DNA from: Escherichia coli
GTDB taxonomy: Bacteria > Pseudomonadota > Gammaproteobacteria > Enterobacterales > Enterobacteriaceae
Length of the DNA: 64,000 nt
Reading direction: 5' to 3' (one strand)
NCBI RefSeq assembly: GCF_022846255.1
Contig: NZ_AP025682.1
Shown: positions 1 to 12,368 of the stretch, piece after piece
How the letters are laid out: the number at the start of each line of letters is the position of its first letter
How positions within the stretch are numbered: position 1 is the first letter of the stretch
Translations under genes and position numbers: made by a program
The notes under the pieces: generated by a model
What the model was told of the DNA's origin: nothing
The model's input: only the letters and a program-made list of their open reading frames with translations
Database searches by the model: none

Positions 1-1
1 T

Positions 2-1066
2 CTGAAAGCGCACACCACTATGTTACAGGTGGACGCACCATATTCTGACGGACGGATGTTCTTTCGCAGTGATTTCGTCAATATGAATGTCGGCAGTTTC
101 TCCACTAATGCCGATGGCAAATGGGATGACAACTGGGGCACCTGTACGTTGCACGACTGTAGCGGCAACCGCAGCCAGTCGGATTCCGGTGCCAGCGTGG
201 CGGTCGGTTGGCGAAATGACGTCTGGAGCTGGGATATCGGCACCACGCCGATGGGCTTCAACGTGGTGGATGTGGTCGGCGGCATCAGTTACAGCGATGA
301 TATCGGACCGCTGGGTTACACCGTTAATGCCCATCGTCGGCCCATCTCCAGTTCTTTGCTGGCCTTTGGCGGGCAAAAAGACTCTCCGAGCAATACCGGG
401 AAAAAATGGGGTGGTGTGCGTGCCGACGGCGTGGGGCTAAGCCTGAGCTACGATAAAGGCGAGGCTAACGGCGTCTGGGCATCGCTTAGTGGCGACCAGT
501 TAACCGGTAAAAATGTCGAAGATAACTGGCGCGTGCGCTGGATGACGGGCTATTACTATAAGATCATCAACCAGAATAATCGCCGTGTGACCATTGGTCT
601 TAACAATATGATCTGGCATTACGACAAAGACCTGAGTGGGTACTCACTTGGTCAGGGCGGCTACTACAGTCCACAGGAATACCTGTCATTTGCCATACCG
701 GTGATGTGGCGGGAGCGCACGGAAAACTGGTCGTGGGAGCTGGGGGCGTCTGGCTCGTGGTCGCATTCACGCACCAAAACCATGCCGCGTTATCCGCTGA
801 TGAATCTGATCCCGACCGACTGGCAGGAAGAAGCTGCGCGGCAATCCAACGATGGCGGCAGCAGTCAGGGCTTTGGCTACACGGCGCGGGCATTACTTGA
901 ACGACGTGTTACTTCCAACTGGTTTGTCGGCACGGCAATTGATATCCAGCAGGCAAAAGATTACGCACCCAGCCATTTCCTGCTCTACGTACGTTATTCC
1001 GCCGCCGGATGGCAGGGTGACATGGATTTACCGCCGCAGCCGCTGATACCTTACGCCGACTGGTAA
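2..1066 (+). CDS. bcsC: Cellulose synthase subunit BcsC, C-terminal part (5' end outside window)
   Basis: Open frame runs from the window edge to a stop at 1064-1066; position immediately upstream of pdeK matches K-12 bcsC-yhjK synteny; sequence not checked against BcsC beyond this context. Confidence 0.8.
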   Translation: MKAHTTMLQVDAPYSDGRMFFRSDFVNMNVGSFSTNADGKWDDNWGTCTLHDCSGNRSQSDSGASVAVGWRNDVWSWDIGTTPMGFNVVDVVGGISYSDDIGPLGYTVNAHRRPISSSLLAFGGQKDSPSNTGKKWGGVRADGVGLSLSYDKGEANGVWASLSGDQLTGKNVEDNWRVRWMTGYYYKIINQNNRRVTIGLNNMIWHYDKDLSGYSLGQGGYYSPQEYLSFAIPVMWRERTENWSWELGASGSWSHSRTKTMPRYPLMNLIPTDWQEEAARQSNDGGSSQGFGYTARALLERRVTSNWFVGTAIDIQQAKDYAPSHFLLYVRYSAAGWQGDMDLPPQPLIPYADW

Positions 1067-1180
1067 GTTTTCAGATAGCGCCTCTCTTAATGCCGCTGCG
1101 ATCGGGTATACTCGGGCGGCAATCTGGGATTTCCGGGGGGAGACAATTTGCGCGTAAGTCGCTCGTTAACAATCAAGCAG

Positions 1181-3136
1181 ATGGCAATGGTGGCAGCCGT
1201 TGTCCTGGTGTTCGTTTTTATTTTTTGCACCGTTTTGCTGTTCCATCTGGTCCAGCAGAATCGCTATAACACGGCTACGCAACTGGAAAGCATTGCTCGC
1301 TCTGTCCGCGAACCCTTATCTTCTGCCATTTTGAAAGGCGATATTCCCGAAGCGGAAGCTATTCTTGCCAGCATTAAACCGGCCGGCGTGGTCAGCCGTG
1401 CCGATGTAGTGCTGCCTAACCAGTTCCAGGCGCTGCGTAAAAGTTTTATTCCAGAGCGTCCGGTGCCGGTAATGGTTACTCGCCTGTTTGAGCTACCGGT
1501 GCAAATCTCGCTGGGCGTTTACTCGCTGGAACGTCCGGCAAACCCGCAGCCAATTGCCTATCTGGTGTTACAGGCGGATTCCTTCCGCATGTATAAGTTC
1601 GTGATGAGCACCCTCTCAACGTTAGTGACCATTTACTTACTTTTGTCGTTAATATTGACGGTGGCGATTAGCTGGTGCATTAACCGCCTGATTTTGCATC
1701 CATTACGCAATATTGCTCGCGAACTTAACGCCATCCCACCCCAGGAGCTTGTTGGTCACCAACTGGCATTACCGCGTCTGCATCAGGACGATGAAATCGG
1801 TATGTTGGTGCGCAGTTACAACCTCAACCAGCAATTGCTGCAGCGCCATTATGAAGAACAGAACGAAAATGCGATGCGCTTCCCGGTGTCGGATTTGCCG
1901 AACAAAGCCTTGCTGATGGAGATGCTGGAGCAGGTGGTGGCGCGTAAACAAACCACCGCGCTGATGATCATCACCTGTGAAACCCTGCGTGATACTGCGG
2001 GTGTGCTGAAAGAGGCGCAACGAGAAATTCTGCTGCTGACGCTGGTGGAAAAACTCAAATCGGTACTGTCGCCACGCATGATCCTCGCGCAGATTAGCGG
2101 TTATGACTTTGCTGTCATTGCCAACGGTGTACAGGAACCGTGGCACGCAATCACTTTGGGCCAGCAAGTGCTCACTATCATGAGCGAGCGCCTGCCGATT
2201 GAACGTATTCAACTCCGTCCGCACTGTAGCATTGGCGTGGCGATGTTCTACGGCGATCTCACCGCCGAGCAGCTTTATAGCCGCGCTATTTCTGCGGCAT
2301 TTACCGCTCGCCATAAAGGCAAGAATCAGATTCAGTTCTTTGATCCGCAGCAGATGGAAGCCGCCCAACAGCGGTTGACGGAAGAGAGCGATATCCTTAA
2401 TGCACTGGAAAATCATCAGTTTGCGATTTGGTTACAGCCACAGGTCGAGATGACCAGCGGTAAACTGGTCAGTGCGGAAGTGTTACTGCGTATCCAGCAA
2501 CCGGATGGCAGTTGGGATCTGCCGGATGGCTTAATCGATCGCATTGAATGCTGTGGGCTGATGGTTACCGTTGGTCACTGGGTGCTGGAAGAGTCCTGTC
2601 GACTGCTTGCTGCCTGGCAAGAGCGCGGCATTATGCTGCCCTTGTCGGTAAACCTCTCAGCGCTGCAACTGATGCACCCGAATATGGTGGCGGATATGCT
2701 GGAACTGTTAACCCGCTATCGCATTCAGCCGGGAACACTGATTCTGGAAGTGACAGAAAGCCGACGTATTGACGACCCTCATGCTGCGGTGGCAATCCTC
2801 CGTCCGCTGCGCAATGCCGGAGTTCGGGTGGCGCTGGATGATTTCGGCATGGGCTACGCAGGGCTGCGTCAGCTGCAGCATATGAAATCGTTGCCAATCG
2901 ACGTACTGAAAATCGACAAAATGTTTGTTGAAGGTTTGCCGGAAGATAGCAGCATGATTGCTGCAATTATCATGCTGGCGCAGAGCCTGAACTTACAAAT
3001 GATTGCCGAAGGCGTGGAGACTGAAGCACAACGCGACTGGCTGGCAAAAGCGGGCGTTGGTATTGCCCAGGGCTTCCTTTTTGCTCGCCCACTCCCTATT
3101 GAAATCTTCGAAGAGAGTTACCTGGAAGAAAAGTAG
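1181..3136 (+). CDS. pdeK: c-di-GMP phosphodiesterase PdeK (YhjK), membrane GGDEF-like/EAL protein
   Basis: 662-codon ORF with N-terminal hydrophobic segment and a C-terminal EAL-type domain ([17 protein letters not shown] motifs); track start at 1148 is TTG, first ATG at 1181 chosen; start uncertain. Confidence 0.85.
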   Translation: MAMVAAVVLVFVFIFCTVLLFHLVQQNRYNTATQLESIARSVREPLSSAILKGDIPEAEAILASIKPAGVVSRADVVLPNQFQALRKSFIPERPVPVMVTRLFELPVQISLGVYSLERPANPQPIAYLVLQADSFRMYKFVMSTLSTLVTIYLLLSLILTVAISWCINRLILHPLRNIARELNAIPPQELVGHQLALPRLHQDDEIGMLVRSYNLNQQLLQRHYEEQNENAMRFPVSDLPNKALLMEMLEQVVARKQTTALMIITCETLRDTAGVLKEAQREILLLTLVEKLKSVLSPRMILAQISGYDFAVIANGVQEPWHAITLGQQVLTIMSERLPIERIQLRPHCSIGVAMFYGDLTAEQLYSRAISAAFTARHKGKNQIQFFDPQQMEAAQQRLTEESDILNALENHQFAIWLQPQVEMTSGKLVSAEVLLRIQQPDGSWDLPDGLIDRIECCGLMVTVGHWVLEESCRLLAAWQERGIMLPLSVNLSALQLMHPNMVADMLELLTRYRIQPGTLILEVTESRRIDDPHAAVAILRPLRNAGVRVALDDFGMGYAGLRQLQHMKSLPIDVLKIDKMFVEGLPEDSSMIAAIIMLAQSLNLQMIAEGVETEAQRDWLAKAGVGIAQGFLFARPLPIEIFEESYLEEK

Positions 3137-3282
3137 CTACCCCAAACTGATTACAAAACTTTAAAAAGTGCTGGTTTGTGCGAGCCAGCTCAAACTTTTT
3201 AACCTTTTTGTTTCAATTATGATCCAGGTACATTTCTGTGATGTTGTCTGGGTGTTATTTTAAGGCCGCAGGTACCCCATAA

Positions 3283-4605
<1,323 letters not shown>

Positions 4606-4620
4606 TCTCACCACTTATGC

Positions 4621-4650
4621 CCGCACTCCCTTCCCCGAGTGCGGGTGTTT
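4621..4650 (+). terminator. Rho-independent terminator downstream of dctA
   Basis: Inverted repeat ccgcactc...gagtgcgg followed by a T-rich run, 16 bp after the dctA stop. Confidence 0.5.
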
Positions 4651-4824
4651 GCGCATAATTGGCCCCTGTGCCTGAACTTACCACCTGGGTGAGTTCAGGT
4701 TTATTTCACTTCTTCCGTGACATTTTCATGTTCTTGCGGTCTAACACGAAGTGTTTTTAACGTCATTTAGACTGACCGACAACGGGCAGTTTTTTATTAC
4801 CAGGATAGTTGATCAGGGGTTCAC

Positions 4825-6321
4825 ATGCAGGGCACAAAAATTCGACTTTTAGCGGGCGGTTTGCTGATGATGGCCACTGCTGGCTATGTGCAGGCAGATG
4901 CGCTCCAGCCTGATCCAGCATGGCAACAGGGGACGCTTTCCAACGGTTTACAGTGGCAAGTGCTGACTACGCCCCAACGTCCCAGCGATCGTGTTGAAAT
5001 TCGCCTGCTGGTTAATACCGGTTCGCTCGCCGAAAGTACACAACAGAGCGGTTACAGTCACGCCATCCCTCGTATTGCGCTAACGCAAAGCGGTGGCCTT
5101 GACGCAGCGCAGGCGCGTTCATTGTGGCAGCAGGGGATCGACCCTAAACGCCCGATGCCGCCGGTAATTGTCTCTTATGACACCACGCTGTTTAATCTGA
5201 GTTTGCCCAATAACCGTAACGACTTGCTGAAAGAGGCGCTCTCTTATCTGGCAAATGCCACTGGCAAACTGACTATCACGCCAGAAACCATCAACCATGC
5301 GTTGCAAAGTCAGGACATGGTGGCAACCTGGCCTGCCGATACTAAAGAGGGCTGGTGGCGTTATCGTCTGAAAGGATCAACCTTGTTAGGTCACGATCCT
5401 GCCGATCCGCTGAAACAACCCGTTGAAGCGGAAAAGATTAAAGATTTCTATCAGAAATGGTACACCCCGGATGCAATGACGCTGCTGGTGGTGGGAAACG
5501 TGGATGCGCGCTCGGTCGTCGACCAAATCAATAAAACGTTTGGCGAACTGAAAGGCAAACGTGAAACACCGGCTCCGGTGCCGACGCTTTCTCCGCTGCG
5601 TGCGGAAGCGGTGAGTATTATGACCGACGCGGTGCGTCAGGACCGGCTATCTATCATGTGGGATACGCCGTGGCAGCCGATTCGTGAATCAGCCGCACTG
5701 CTGCGCTACTGGCGTGCGGACCTGGCCCGTGAGGCGCTGTTCTGGCATGTTCAGCAAGCGTTAAGCGCCAGTAACAGTAAAGACATCGGTCTTGGATTTG
5801 ACTGTCGTGTGCTGTATCTGCGTGCGCAGTGTGCCATCAACATCGAATCACCAAACGACAAGCTGAACAGCAACCTTAATCTGGTGGCGCGTGAACTGGC
5901 GAAGGTTCGCGATAAAGGTCTGCCGGAAGAAGAGTTCAATGCGTTAGTGGCGCAAAAGAAACTGGAGCTGCAGAAACTGTTTGCCGCCTATGCGCGAGCT
6001 GATACCGATATTCTGATGGGGCAGCGGATGCGTTCGTTGCAAAATCAGGTCGTCGATATCGCGCCGGAGCAATATCAGAAACTGCGTCAGGATTTCCTTA
6101 ACAGCCTGACGGTGGAGATGTTAAATCAGGATCTGCGTCAGCAGTTGTCGAATGATATGGCGTTAATACTGCTGCAGCCGAAAGGCGAGCCGGAATTTAA
6201 CATGAAAGCGTTGCAGGCGGCCTGGGATCAAATCATGGCCCCATCGACTGCGGCTGCCGCCACATCTGTCGCCACGGATGACGTACATCCTGAAGTGACG
6301 GATATTCCACCTGTACAGTAA
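4825..6321 (+). CDS. yhjJ: Periplasmic M16-family zinc peptidase-like protein YhjJ
   Basis: 498-aa ORF with a signal-peptide-like N-terminus (MQGTKIRLLAGGLLMMATAGYVQA); position between dctA and kdgK as in K-12. Confidence 0.9.
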   Translation: MQGTKIRLLAGGLLMMATAGYVQADALQPDPAWQQGTLSNGLQWQVLTTPQRPSDRVEIRLLVNTGSLAESTQQSGYSHAIPRIALTQSGGLDAAQARSLWQQGIDPKRPMPPVIVSYDTTLFNLSLPNNRNDLLKEALSYLANATGKLTITPETINHALQSQDMVATWPADTKEGWWRYRLKGSTLLGHDPADPLKQPVEAEKIKDFYQKWYTPDAMTLLVVGNVDARSVVDQINKTFGELKGKRETPAPVPTLSPLRAEAVSIMTDAVRQDRLSIMWDTPWQPIRESAALLRYWRADLAREALFWHVQQALSASNSKDIGLGFDCRVLYLRAQCAINIESPNDKLNSNLNLVARELAKVRDKGLPEEEFNALVAQKKLELQKLFAAYARADTDILMGQRMRSLQNQVVDIAPEQYQKLRQDFLNSLTVEMLNQDLRQQLSNDMALILLQPKGEPEFNMKALQAAWDQIMAPSTAAAATSVATDDVHPEVTDIPPVQ

Positions 6322-6416
6322 TGCCTGATGGTGATGAGTTAGCACAACCATCAGGTATTTATGGATGAGCTGGATAGAAGGGGAACACTCTATCCAGCCT
6401 TTTGCATATGCTGCTT

Positions 6417-7346
6417 TTACGCTGGCATCGCTTCACGCGGGATAATCGCGCCGCGATACTGAATAACGGTACTTGCGGTCAGGTGCCCGCGTTTCGCTGC
6501 GTCTTCCGCACTGCCGCCCGTCAAACGTACCGCCAGATAACCGGCACTGAAAGAGTCGCCAGCTGCGGTGGTATCGATCACTTTTTCTTTCGGCAGTTTT
6601 ACCGCCGGAACATCCACTAACCCTTCGCCAGCAATGGACACCAGGCAAGAATCCGCCCCGCGTTTCACCACCACTTCTTTCACGCCCGCGTTATGGGTGC
6701 GCGCAATGACGTCTTCCACCGGCTGTTGACCCCACAGCGCGTCTTCATCGTCCAGCGTCAGGAAGGCGATATCCGTGCATTCCAGCATTTGTTGGTACAC
6801 CTGCTGTGTCTCTTCTTTGCTGGCCCACAGGCGCGGACGATAGTTATTGTCGAAAATCACTTTTCCGCCGTTGGCGCGGCATTCGCGCAGCAGGGAAAGC
6901 AGCTTTTCGCGGCTGGTCGGGCTTAAGATCGCCAGGCTAATCCCGCTCAGGTAGAGATAATCGAAATTCGCCAGCTCTTCGCAAATCGCCGCGGATTGCT
7001 CACTCTCCAGCCAGAATTTGGCGGCGGCTTCGTTACGCCAGTAGTAGAACGTACGTTCGCCGGTGCTGTCGGTTTCAATGTAGTAAAGGCCCGGCAGACG
7101 GTTTTCCACCCGTTGGGTCAGGGAAGTATCAACGTTCTCGCCGTGCCAGGCGTCCAGCATCTGCTGGCTAAAACTGTCCGTTCCCAGCGCCGTTACGTAA
7201 TGAACGGTTAATGCCGCAGGATCGACCTGACGGGCGATATAGACGGAAGTGTTCAGGGTATCGCCGCCGAAACCGCGCTTAACGTCCGCGCCTTTCTCGG
7301 AAAGCTCAATCATGCATTCGCCAATCACGGCAATCTTTTTGGACAT
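6417..7346 (-). CDS. kdgK: 2-dehydro-3-deoxygluconokinase KdgK
   Basis: Sugar-kinase ORF; the 425-codon track ORF is trimmed to the internal ATG (MSKKIAVIGECMIEL), giving 309 aa. Confidence 0.9.
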   Translation of the reverse strand: MSKKIAVIGECMIELSEKGADVKRGFGGDTLNTSVYIARQVDPAALTVHYVTALGTDSFSQQMLDAWHGENVDTSLTQRVENRLPGLYYIETDSTGERTFYYWRNEAAAKFWLESEQSAAICEELANFDYLYLSGISLAILSPTSREKLLSLLRECRANGGKVIFDNNYRPRLWASKEETQQVYQQMLECTDIAFLTLDDEDALWGQQPVEDVIARTHNAGVKEVVVKRGADSCLVSIAGEGLVDVPAVKLPKEKVIDTTAAGDSFSAGYLAVRLTGGSAEDAAKRGHLTASTVIQYRGAIIPREAMPA

Positions 7347-7577
7347 AGTCGTGAACCTGATCTGTAAAAAATTAGCGTTAGTTTGCGCTGTGGTGGTTTG
7401 CTGGTCAACCATATTAAAACAGTGTTCCATTATTTTTTTGAGCCAGAACGTATTCCTGAAAGATTCCGTTGTGGAGTGGGGAAATTTACCCCGGCCAGGC
7501 GGTAAAGTTCTGCCCTTGCGCGCCGATAATCTTTGTCGAGTCCGGGCAGCATCACTTTTAAACACAGGACATCTTTG

Positions 7578-8345
7578 ATGATAAGGCAGGTTATCCAGCG
7601 AATAAGCAACCCTGAAGCAAGCATCGAGAGCTTGCAGGAACGGCGTTTTTGGTTGCAGTGTGAGCGTGCTTACACCTGGCAGCCGATCTATCAAACATGC
7701 GGGCGGTTAATGGCCGTGGAGCTATTAACGGTGGTCACGCATCCCTTGAACCCTTCGCAACGCCTGCCGCCGGATCGCTATTTTACTGAAATCACCGTTA
7801 GCCATCGGATGGAGGTTGTGAAAGAGCAGATTGATTTGCTGGCGCAAAAAGCCGACTTCTTTGTAGAGCACGGCCTGCTGGCATCGGTCAATATTGATGG
7901 CCCTACGCTCATCGCCCTGCGTCAGCAACCAAAAATCCTGCGCCAGATTGAGGATCTTCCCTGGCTGCGTTTCGAACTGGTGGAACACATCCGCCTGCCG
8001 AAAGATTCAACCTTTGCCTCGATGTGTGAATTTGGCCCGCTGTGGCTGGATGATTTTGGTACCGGGATGGCAAATTTCTCTGCACTAAGTGAAGTGCGTT
8101 ATGACTACATCAAAATCGCGCGAGAACTGTTTGTGATGCTGCGTCAGTCACCGGAAGGACGCACACTCTTTTCTCAGCTTTTACATCTAATGAATCGCTA
8201 TTGTCGCGGGGTGATTGTCGAGGGCGTAGAAACACCAGAAGAGTGGCGTGATGTTCAGAACTCGCCCGCATTCGCCGCACAAGGCTGGTTTCTTTCACGC
8301 CCGGCACCGATAGAAACGCTGAATACGGCGGTTCTGGCGCTATAA
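7578..8345 (+). CDS. pdeH: c-di-GMP phosphodiesterase PdeH (YhjH), EAL-only
   Basis: EAL-domain ORF; trimmed to internal ATG (MIRQVIQRISNPEA), 255 aa. Confidence 0.9.
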   Translation: MIRQVIQRISNPEASIESLQERRFWLQCERAYTWQPIYQTCGRLMAVELLTVVTHPLNPSQRLPPDRYFTEITVSHRMEVVKEQIDLLAQKADFFVEHGLLASVNIDGPTLIALRQQPKILRQIEDLPWLRFELVEHIRLPKDSTFASMCEFGPLWLDDFGTGMANFSALSEVRYDYIKIARELFVMLRQSPEGRTLFSQLLHLMNRYCRGVIVEGVETPEEWRDVQNSPAFAAQGWFLSRPAPIETLNTAVLAL

Positions 8346-8414
8346 GCTGCCTCATTTTCCGCCTGGCTGGACTATCTTTAGGACTGGCACAGGAAGAATA
8401 TGAGGAAGCGAACG

Positions 8415-10475
8415 ATGAGCAAGGCAGGCAAAATAACCGCTGCGATTTCAGGGGCTTTCTTGTTGTTGATTGTCGTGGCGATCATTTTGATTGCAACTTT
8501 TGACTGGAATCGACTCAAACCGACCATCAACCAGAAAGTCTCTGCGGAGTTGAATCGTCCGTTCGCTATCCGTGGCGATCTGGGCGTGGTGTGGGAGCGG
8601 CAAAAACAAGAAACTGGCTGGCGCAGCTGGGTGCCGTGGCCCCATGTACACGCGGAAGACATCATTCTTGGCAATCCACCGGATATTCCCGAAGTCACAA
8701 TGGTGCATTTGCCGCGAGTAGAAGCGACGCTGGCCCCGCTGGCGCTGCTGACCAAAACGGTCTGGTTGCCGTGGATCAAGCTCGAAAAGCCCGACGCGCG
8801 CCTGATTCGCCTCTCCGAAAAGAACAATAACTGGACGTTTAATCTCGCCAACGATGACAACAAAGACGCGAATGCAAAGCCGTCGGCGTGGTCGTTTCAG
8901 CTGGATAATATTCTTTTCGATCAAGGGCGGATCGCCATTGATGACAAAGTAAGCAAAGCGGATCTGGAAATTTTTGTCGATCCGTTAGGCAAGCCGCTGC
9001 CGTTCAGCGAAGTTACCGGATCGAAAGGTAAAGCGGATAAAGAAAAGGTGGGCGATTACGTTTTTGGCCTGAAGGCGCAGGGACGTTATAACGGTGAACC
9101 GCTCACTGGTACGGGAAAAATAGGCGATATGCTGGCGCTGCGTGGCGAAGGAACGCCGTTTCCGGTACAGGCTGATTTCCGCTCTGGTAACACCCGTGTT
9201 GCTTTTGATGGCGTTGTGAATGACCCAATGAAGATGGGGGGTGTCGATTTACGGCTTAAATTTTCTGGCGATTCGCTGGGTGATCTCTATGAACTGACGG
9301 GCGTTCTGCTGCCCGATACACCGCCGTTTGAAACGGATGGTCGGCTGGTAGCGAAAATCGACACTGAAAAATCGTCGGTCTTTGATTATCGCGGTTTTAA
9401 TGGGCGCATTGGCGATAGCGATATCCACGGTTCTCTGATCTATACCACCGGCAAGCCACGACCAAAACTGGAAGGTGATGTCGAGTCGCGGCAATTGCGG
9501 CTGGCGGACCTGGGACCGTTGATTGGCGTTGATTCCGGGAAAGGGGCAGAAAAGTCGAAACGGTCTGAACAGAAGAAGGGCGAAAAAAGCGTTCAGCCTG
9601 CGGGCAAAGTGCTGCCTTATGACCGCTTCGAAACCGATAAATGGGACGTCATGGATGCCGATGTCCGTTTCAAAGGGCGGCGCATTGAGCATGGCAGTAG
9701 CCTGCCGATTAGCGATCTTTCTACTCATATCATCCTCAAAAATGCTGACCTGCGTCTGCAACCGCTGAAATTTGGCATGGCAGGCGGCAGCATTGCGGCG
9801 AATATTCATCTGGAAGGCGATAAAAAGCCGATGCAAGGGCGGGCAGATATTCAGGCCCGTCGGCTGAAACTGAAAGAACTGATGCCGGATGTGGAACTGA
9901 TGCAGAAGACGCTGGGGGAAATGAACGGTGACGCGGAACTACGCGGTAGCGGTAACTCGGTGGCGGCGCTTTTAGGCAACAGTAATGGCAACCTGAAACT
10001 GTTGATGAATGACGGGCTGGTGAGCCGCAACCTGATGGAGATTGTCGGGCTGAATGTTGGTAACTACATTGTCGGTGCGATATTTGGTGACGATGAGGTG
10101 CGGGTGAACTGCGCGGCGGCGAATCTGGATATTGCCAACGGCGTGGCGCGCCCGCAGATTTTTGCTTTCGATACTGAGAACGCGTTGATTAACGTTACCG
10201 GCACGGCAAGTTTTGCTTCGGAACAGCTGGATTTGACTATTGATCCGGAGAGTAAAGGGATTCGGATTATCACACTGCGTTCGCCGCTGTATGTGCGTGG
10301 GACGTTTAAAAATCCGCAGGCTGGGGTGAAAGCCGGGCCGTTGATTGCTCGCGGAGCCGTTGCGGCGGCACTGGCAACGCTGGTAACACCGGCGGCGGCG
10401 TTACTGGCGCTGATCTCACCTTCCGAAGGGGAGGCTAATCAGTGTCGGACGATATTGTCGCAGATGAAGAAGTGA
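8415..10475 (+). CDS. yhjG: AsmA-family protein YhjG
   Basis: Large ORF with an N-terminal transmembrane anchor (MSKAGKITAAISGAFLLLIVVAIILIA); start taken at the internal ATG. Confidence 0.9.
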   Translation: MSKAGKITAAISGAFLLLIVVAIILIATFDWNRLKPTINQKVSAELNRPFAIRGDLGVVWERQKQETGWRSWVPWPHVHAEDIILGNPPDIPEVTMVHLPRVEATLAPLALLTKTVWLPWIKLEKPDARLIRLSEKNNNWTFNLANDDNKDANAKPSAWSFQLDNILFDQGRIAIDDKVSKADLEIFVDPLGKPLPFSEVTGSKGKADKEKVGDYVFGLKAQGRYNGEPLTGTGKIGDMLALRGEGTPFPVQADFRSGNTRVAFDGVVNDPMKMGGVDLRLKFSGDSLGDLYELTGVLLPDTPPFETDGRLVAKIDTEKSSVFDYRGFNGRIGDSDIHGSLIYTTGKPRPKLEGDVESRQLRLADLGPLIGVDSGKGAEKSKRSEQKKGEKSVQPAGKVLPYDRFETDKWDVMDADVRFKGRRIEHGSSLPISDLSTHIILKNADLRLQPLKFGMAGGSIAANIHLEGDKKPMQGRADIQARRLKLKELMPDVELMQKTLGEMNGDAELRGSGNSVAALLGNSNGNLKLLMNDGLVSRNLMEIVGLNVGNYIVGAIFGDDEVRVNCAAANLDIANGVARPQIFAFDTENALINVTGTASFASEQLDLTIDPESKGIRIITLRSPLYVRGTFKNPQAGVKAGPLIARGAVAAALATLVTPAAALLALISPSEGEANQCRTILSQMKK

Positions 10476-10481
10476 TGATAA

Positions 10482-10641
10482 TTGCCGGATGTCTGACATC
10501 CGGCAATTAAACAGATTTAGAGTGTTGGCAAAGTGTGCTTTGTTCATGCCGGATGCGGCGTGAACGCCTCCGGCTTACAAATCCTTGCGAATTCAATATA
10601 TTGTATGGAAATTCTGGCCTGATAAGCGTAGCGCATCAGGC
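10482..10641. repeat. REP/BIME-type palindromic units in the yhjG-yhjE convergent intergenic region
   Basis: Perfect palindrome ttgccggatgtctgacatccggcaa plus two REP-like units (gccggatgcggcgtgaacgcctccggc; gcctgataagcgtagcgcatcaggc). Confidence 0.6.
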
Positions 10642-10653
10642 TTTTCACTCTGA

Positions 10654-11976
10654 TTACAACGACTGATGTCGCGTCTCATGGGTCAGCAGTAGGGCGATTA
10701 ACGTCAAGCCAGCCATCGCCGCCAGATATAGCCCCACCGCACCTAACCCGTAGTTAGTCTGCAACCAGGCTGCGATATATGGCGCAACGGAAGCCCCGAG
10801 AATCGACGATACGTTGTAAGAGAACGATGCTCCGGTGTAACGCACTTCTGTCGGGAACAGCTCTGGTAACAGCGCGCCCATCGGACCGAAGGTCAGCCCC
10901 ATCAGACTTAACCCCAGCAGCAGGAAGGCAAAAACCAGAATCGGGTTGCCAGAACCGAGCAAAGGGTTAAAGGCGAATAGCGCGAACAGGATGATCAGCG
11001 TGGTGATGATTACCATGCTTTTACGGCGACCAAAGGCATCAGCCAGTAATCCGGCGACGGGCACCATCACGCCAAAACCAATAACTGCCATCATCAGCAT
11101 CCACAACACTTCGTTACGCGGCAGGCCAAGCCCAACTGGCGCGGCGGCGGTACTAAAGGTCATAGAGTAGACCGTCATGATGTAAAACAGCGTATAGGTT
11201 GCCAGCATAATGAACGTACCCAGTACGGTTACGCGAACATGTTTGGTCAGCAGCGTACCCAGCGGGATCTTCACCTGTTTTTTCGCTTTAGCGACTTTCT
11301 CAAACACCGGCGACTCATGCAGCGACACGCGAACATACAGGCCGATAATGACCAGCACCGCCGAGAAGATAAATGGCACACGCCAGCCCCAGCTCATAAA
11401 CTGCTCGTCGGTCAGTAGCCAGGAAAGCAGCAAGAAAGTGCCGTTGGCAAAGAAGAAGCCAATCGGTGCGCCCAGCTGCGGGAAGGAGCCGTACAATGCA
11501 CGTTTGCGCGGTGGGGCGTTTTCAGTCGCCAGCAGAGCCGCGCCGCCCCATTCACCACCTAAGCCCAGACCCTGACCAAATCGAGCCAGCGCCAGCAGCA
11601 GCGGGGCGAAAATACCAATCGTGGCATAGCCTGGCAGCAGGCCAATCACCACGGTCGAAATCCCCATCGTTAGCAACGAGGCGACCAGCGTCGCTTTACG
11701 CCCAACGCGATCGCCAAAATGACCAAAAACGGCAGAGCCAATGGGGCGCGCGACGAAGGCGATGGCGAAGGTGGCGAGCGACTGTAGCGTTGCTGCCGTT
11801 GGATCGCCCTGCGGGAAGAAGATATGCGGAAACACAATAACGGCCGCAGTGGCGTAAATGTAAAAGTCGAAGAACTCAATGGCCGTGCCAATGAGAGAGG
11901 CGACAAGGACTTTATTACGCGAGTTGATCGGCGTGTATTCTTGCTCGTGGTCGAGTGTTGTGGCTGTTGCTTGCAT
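10654..11976 (-). CDS. yhjE: MFS transporter YhjE
   Basis: 440-aa polytopic ORF, ATG start (MQATATTLDHEQEY), MFS-type sequence. Confidence 0.9.
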   Translation of the reverse strand: MQATATTLDHEQEYTPINSRNKVLVASLIGTAIEFFDFYIYATAAVIVFPHIFFPQGDPTAATLQSLATFAIAFVARPIGSAVFGHFGDRVGRKATLVASLLTMGISTVVIGLLPGYATIGIFAPLLLALARFGQGLGLGGEWGGAALLATENAPPRKRALYGSFPQLGAPIGFFFANGTFLLLSWLLTDEQFMSWGWRVPFIFSAVLVIIGLYVRVSLHESPVFEKVAKAKKQVKIPLGTLLTKHVRVTVLGTFIMLATYTLFYIMTVYSMTFSTAAAPVGLGLPRNEVLWMLMMAVIGFGVMVPVAGLLADAFGRRKSMVIITTLIILFALFAFNPLLGSGNPILVFAFLLLGLSLMGLTFGPMGALLPELFPTEVRYTGASFSYNVSSILGASVAPYIAAWLQTNYGLGAVGLYLAAMAGLTLIALLLTHETRHQSL

Positions 11977-12288
11977 AATCTTTTCTTATTTTTTGGCTAA
12001 CGAATAGCCATATTACGCACAGCAAAAGTGATATTTCAATGTGTAACAAATCGCGGAAATGGTCAAAAATCATGCAAAAAGGGGATAATGTTTAGGCCAG
12101 TGATTTTTCTTCTATGAAATGCTTCACATAATTTTATAAATGGTGGATTAAACTGGTTTTAGGTTAAATAAAAGTTACCAACTGGATTTATATGCTGGGG
12201 TTATGAGTTGGAATGAAATTGTTTGCTCCTGAATAGATGGCTAAAGAGGCTCTGGGAAAGAGTTTCAAGAGGTTATGTGCGCATTATA

Positions 12289-12364
12289 GCCGGATGCGAT
12301 GCTGGCGCATCTTATCCGGCCTACGGGGAGCCAGGCCGAATAAATTCGTACGCCGCATCCGGCC
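12289..12364. repeat. REP elements between yhjE and yhjD
   Basis: gccggatgcgatgctggcgcatcttatccggcctac and cgtacgccgcatccggcc, the canonical E. coli REP palindrome family. Confidence 0.6.
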
Positions 12365-12368
12365 TATT

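Noticed and set aside
1769..2416. 215-codon minus-strand ORF inside pdeK
   Set aside because: Fully embedded antisense to a conserved c-di-GMP phosphodiesterase gene; no start context or domain signal.
7347..7694. N-terminal 116-codon extension of the kdgK ORF
   Set aside because: The extension would overlap the divergent pdeH promoter region; the internal ATG gives a standard 309-aa sugar kinase.
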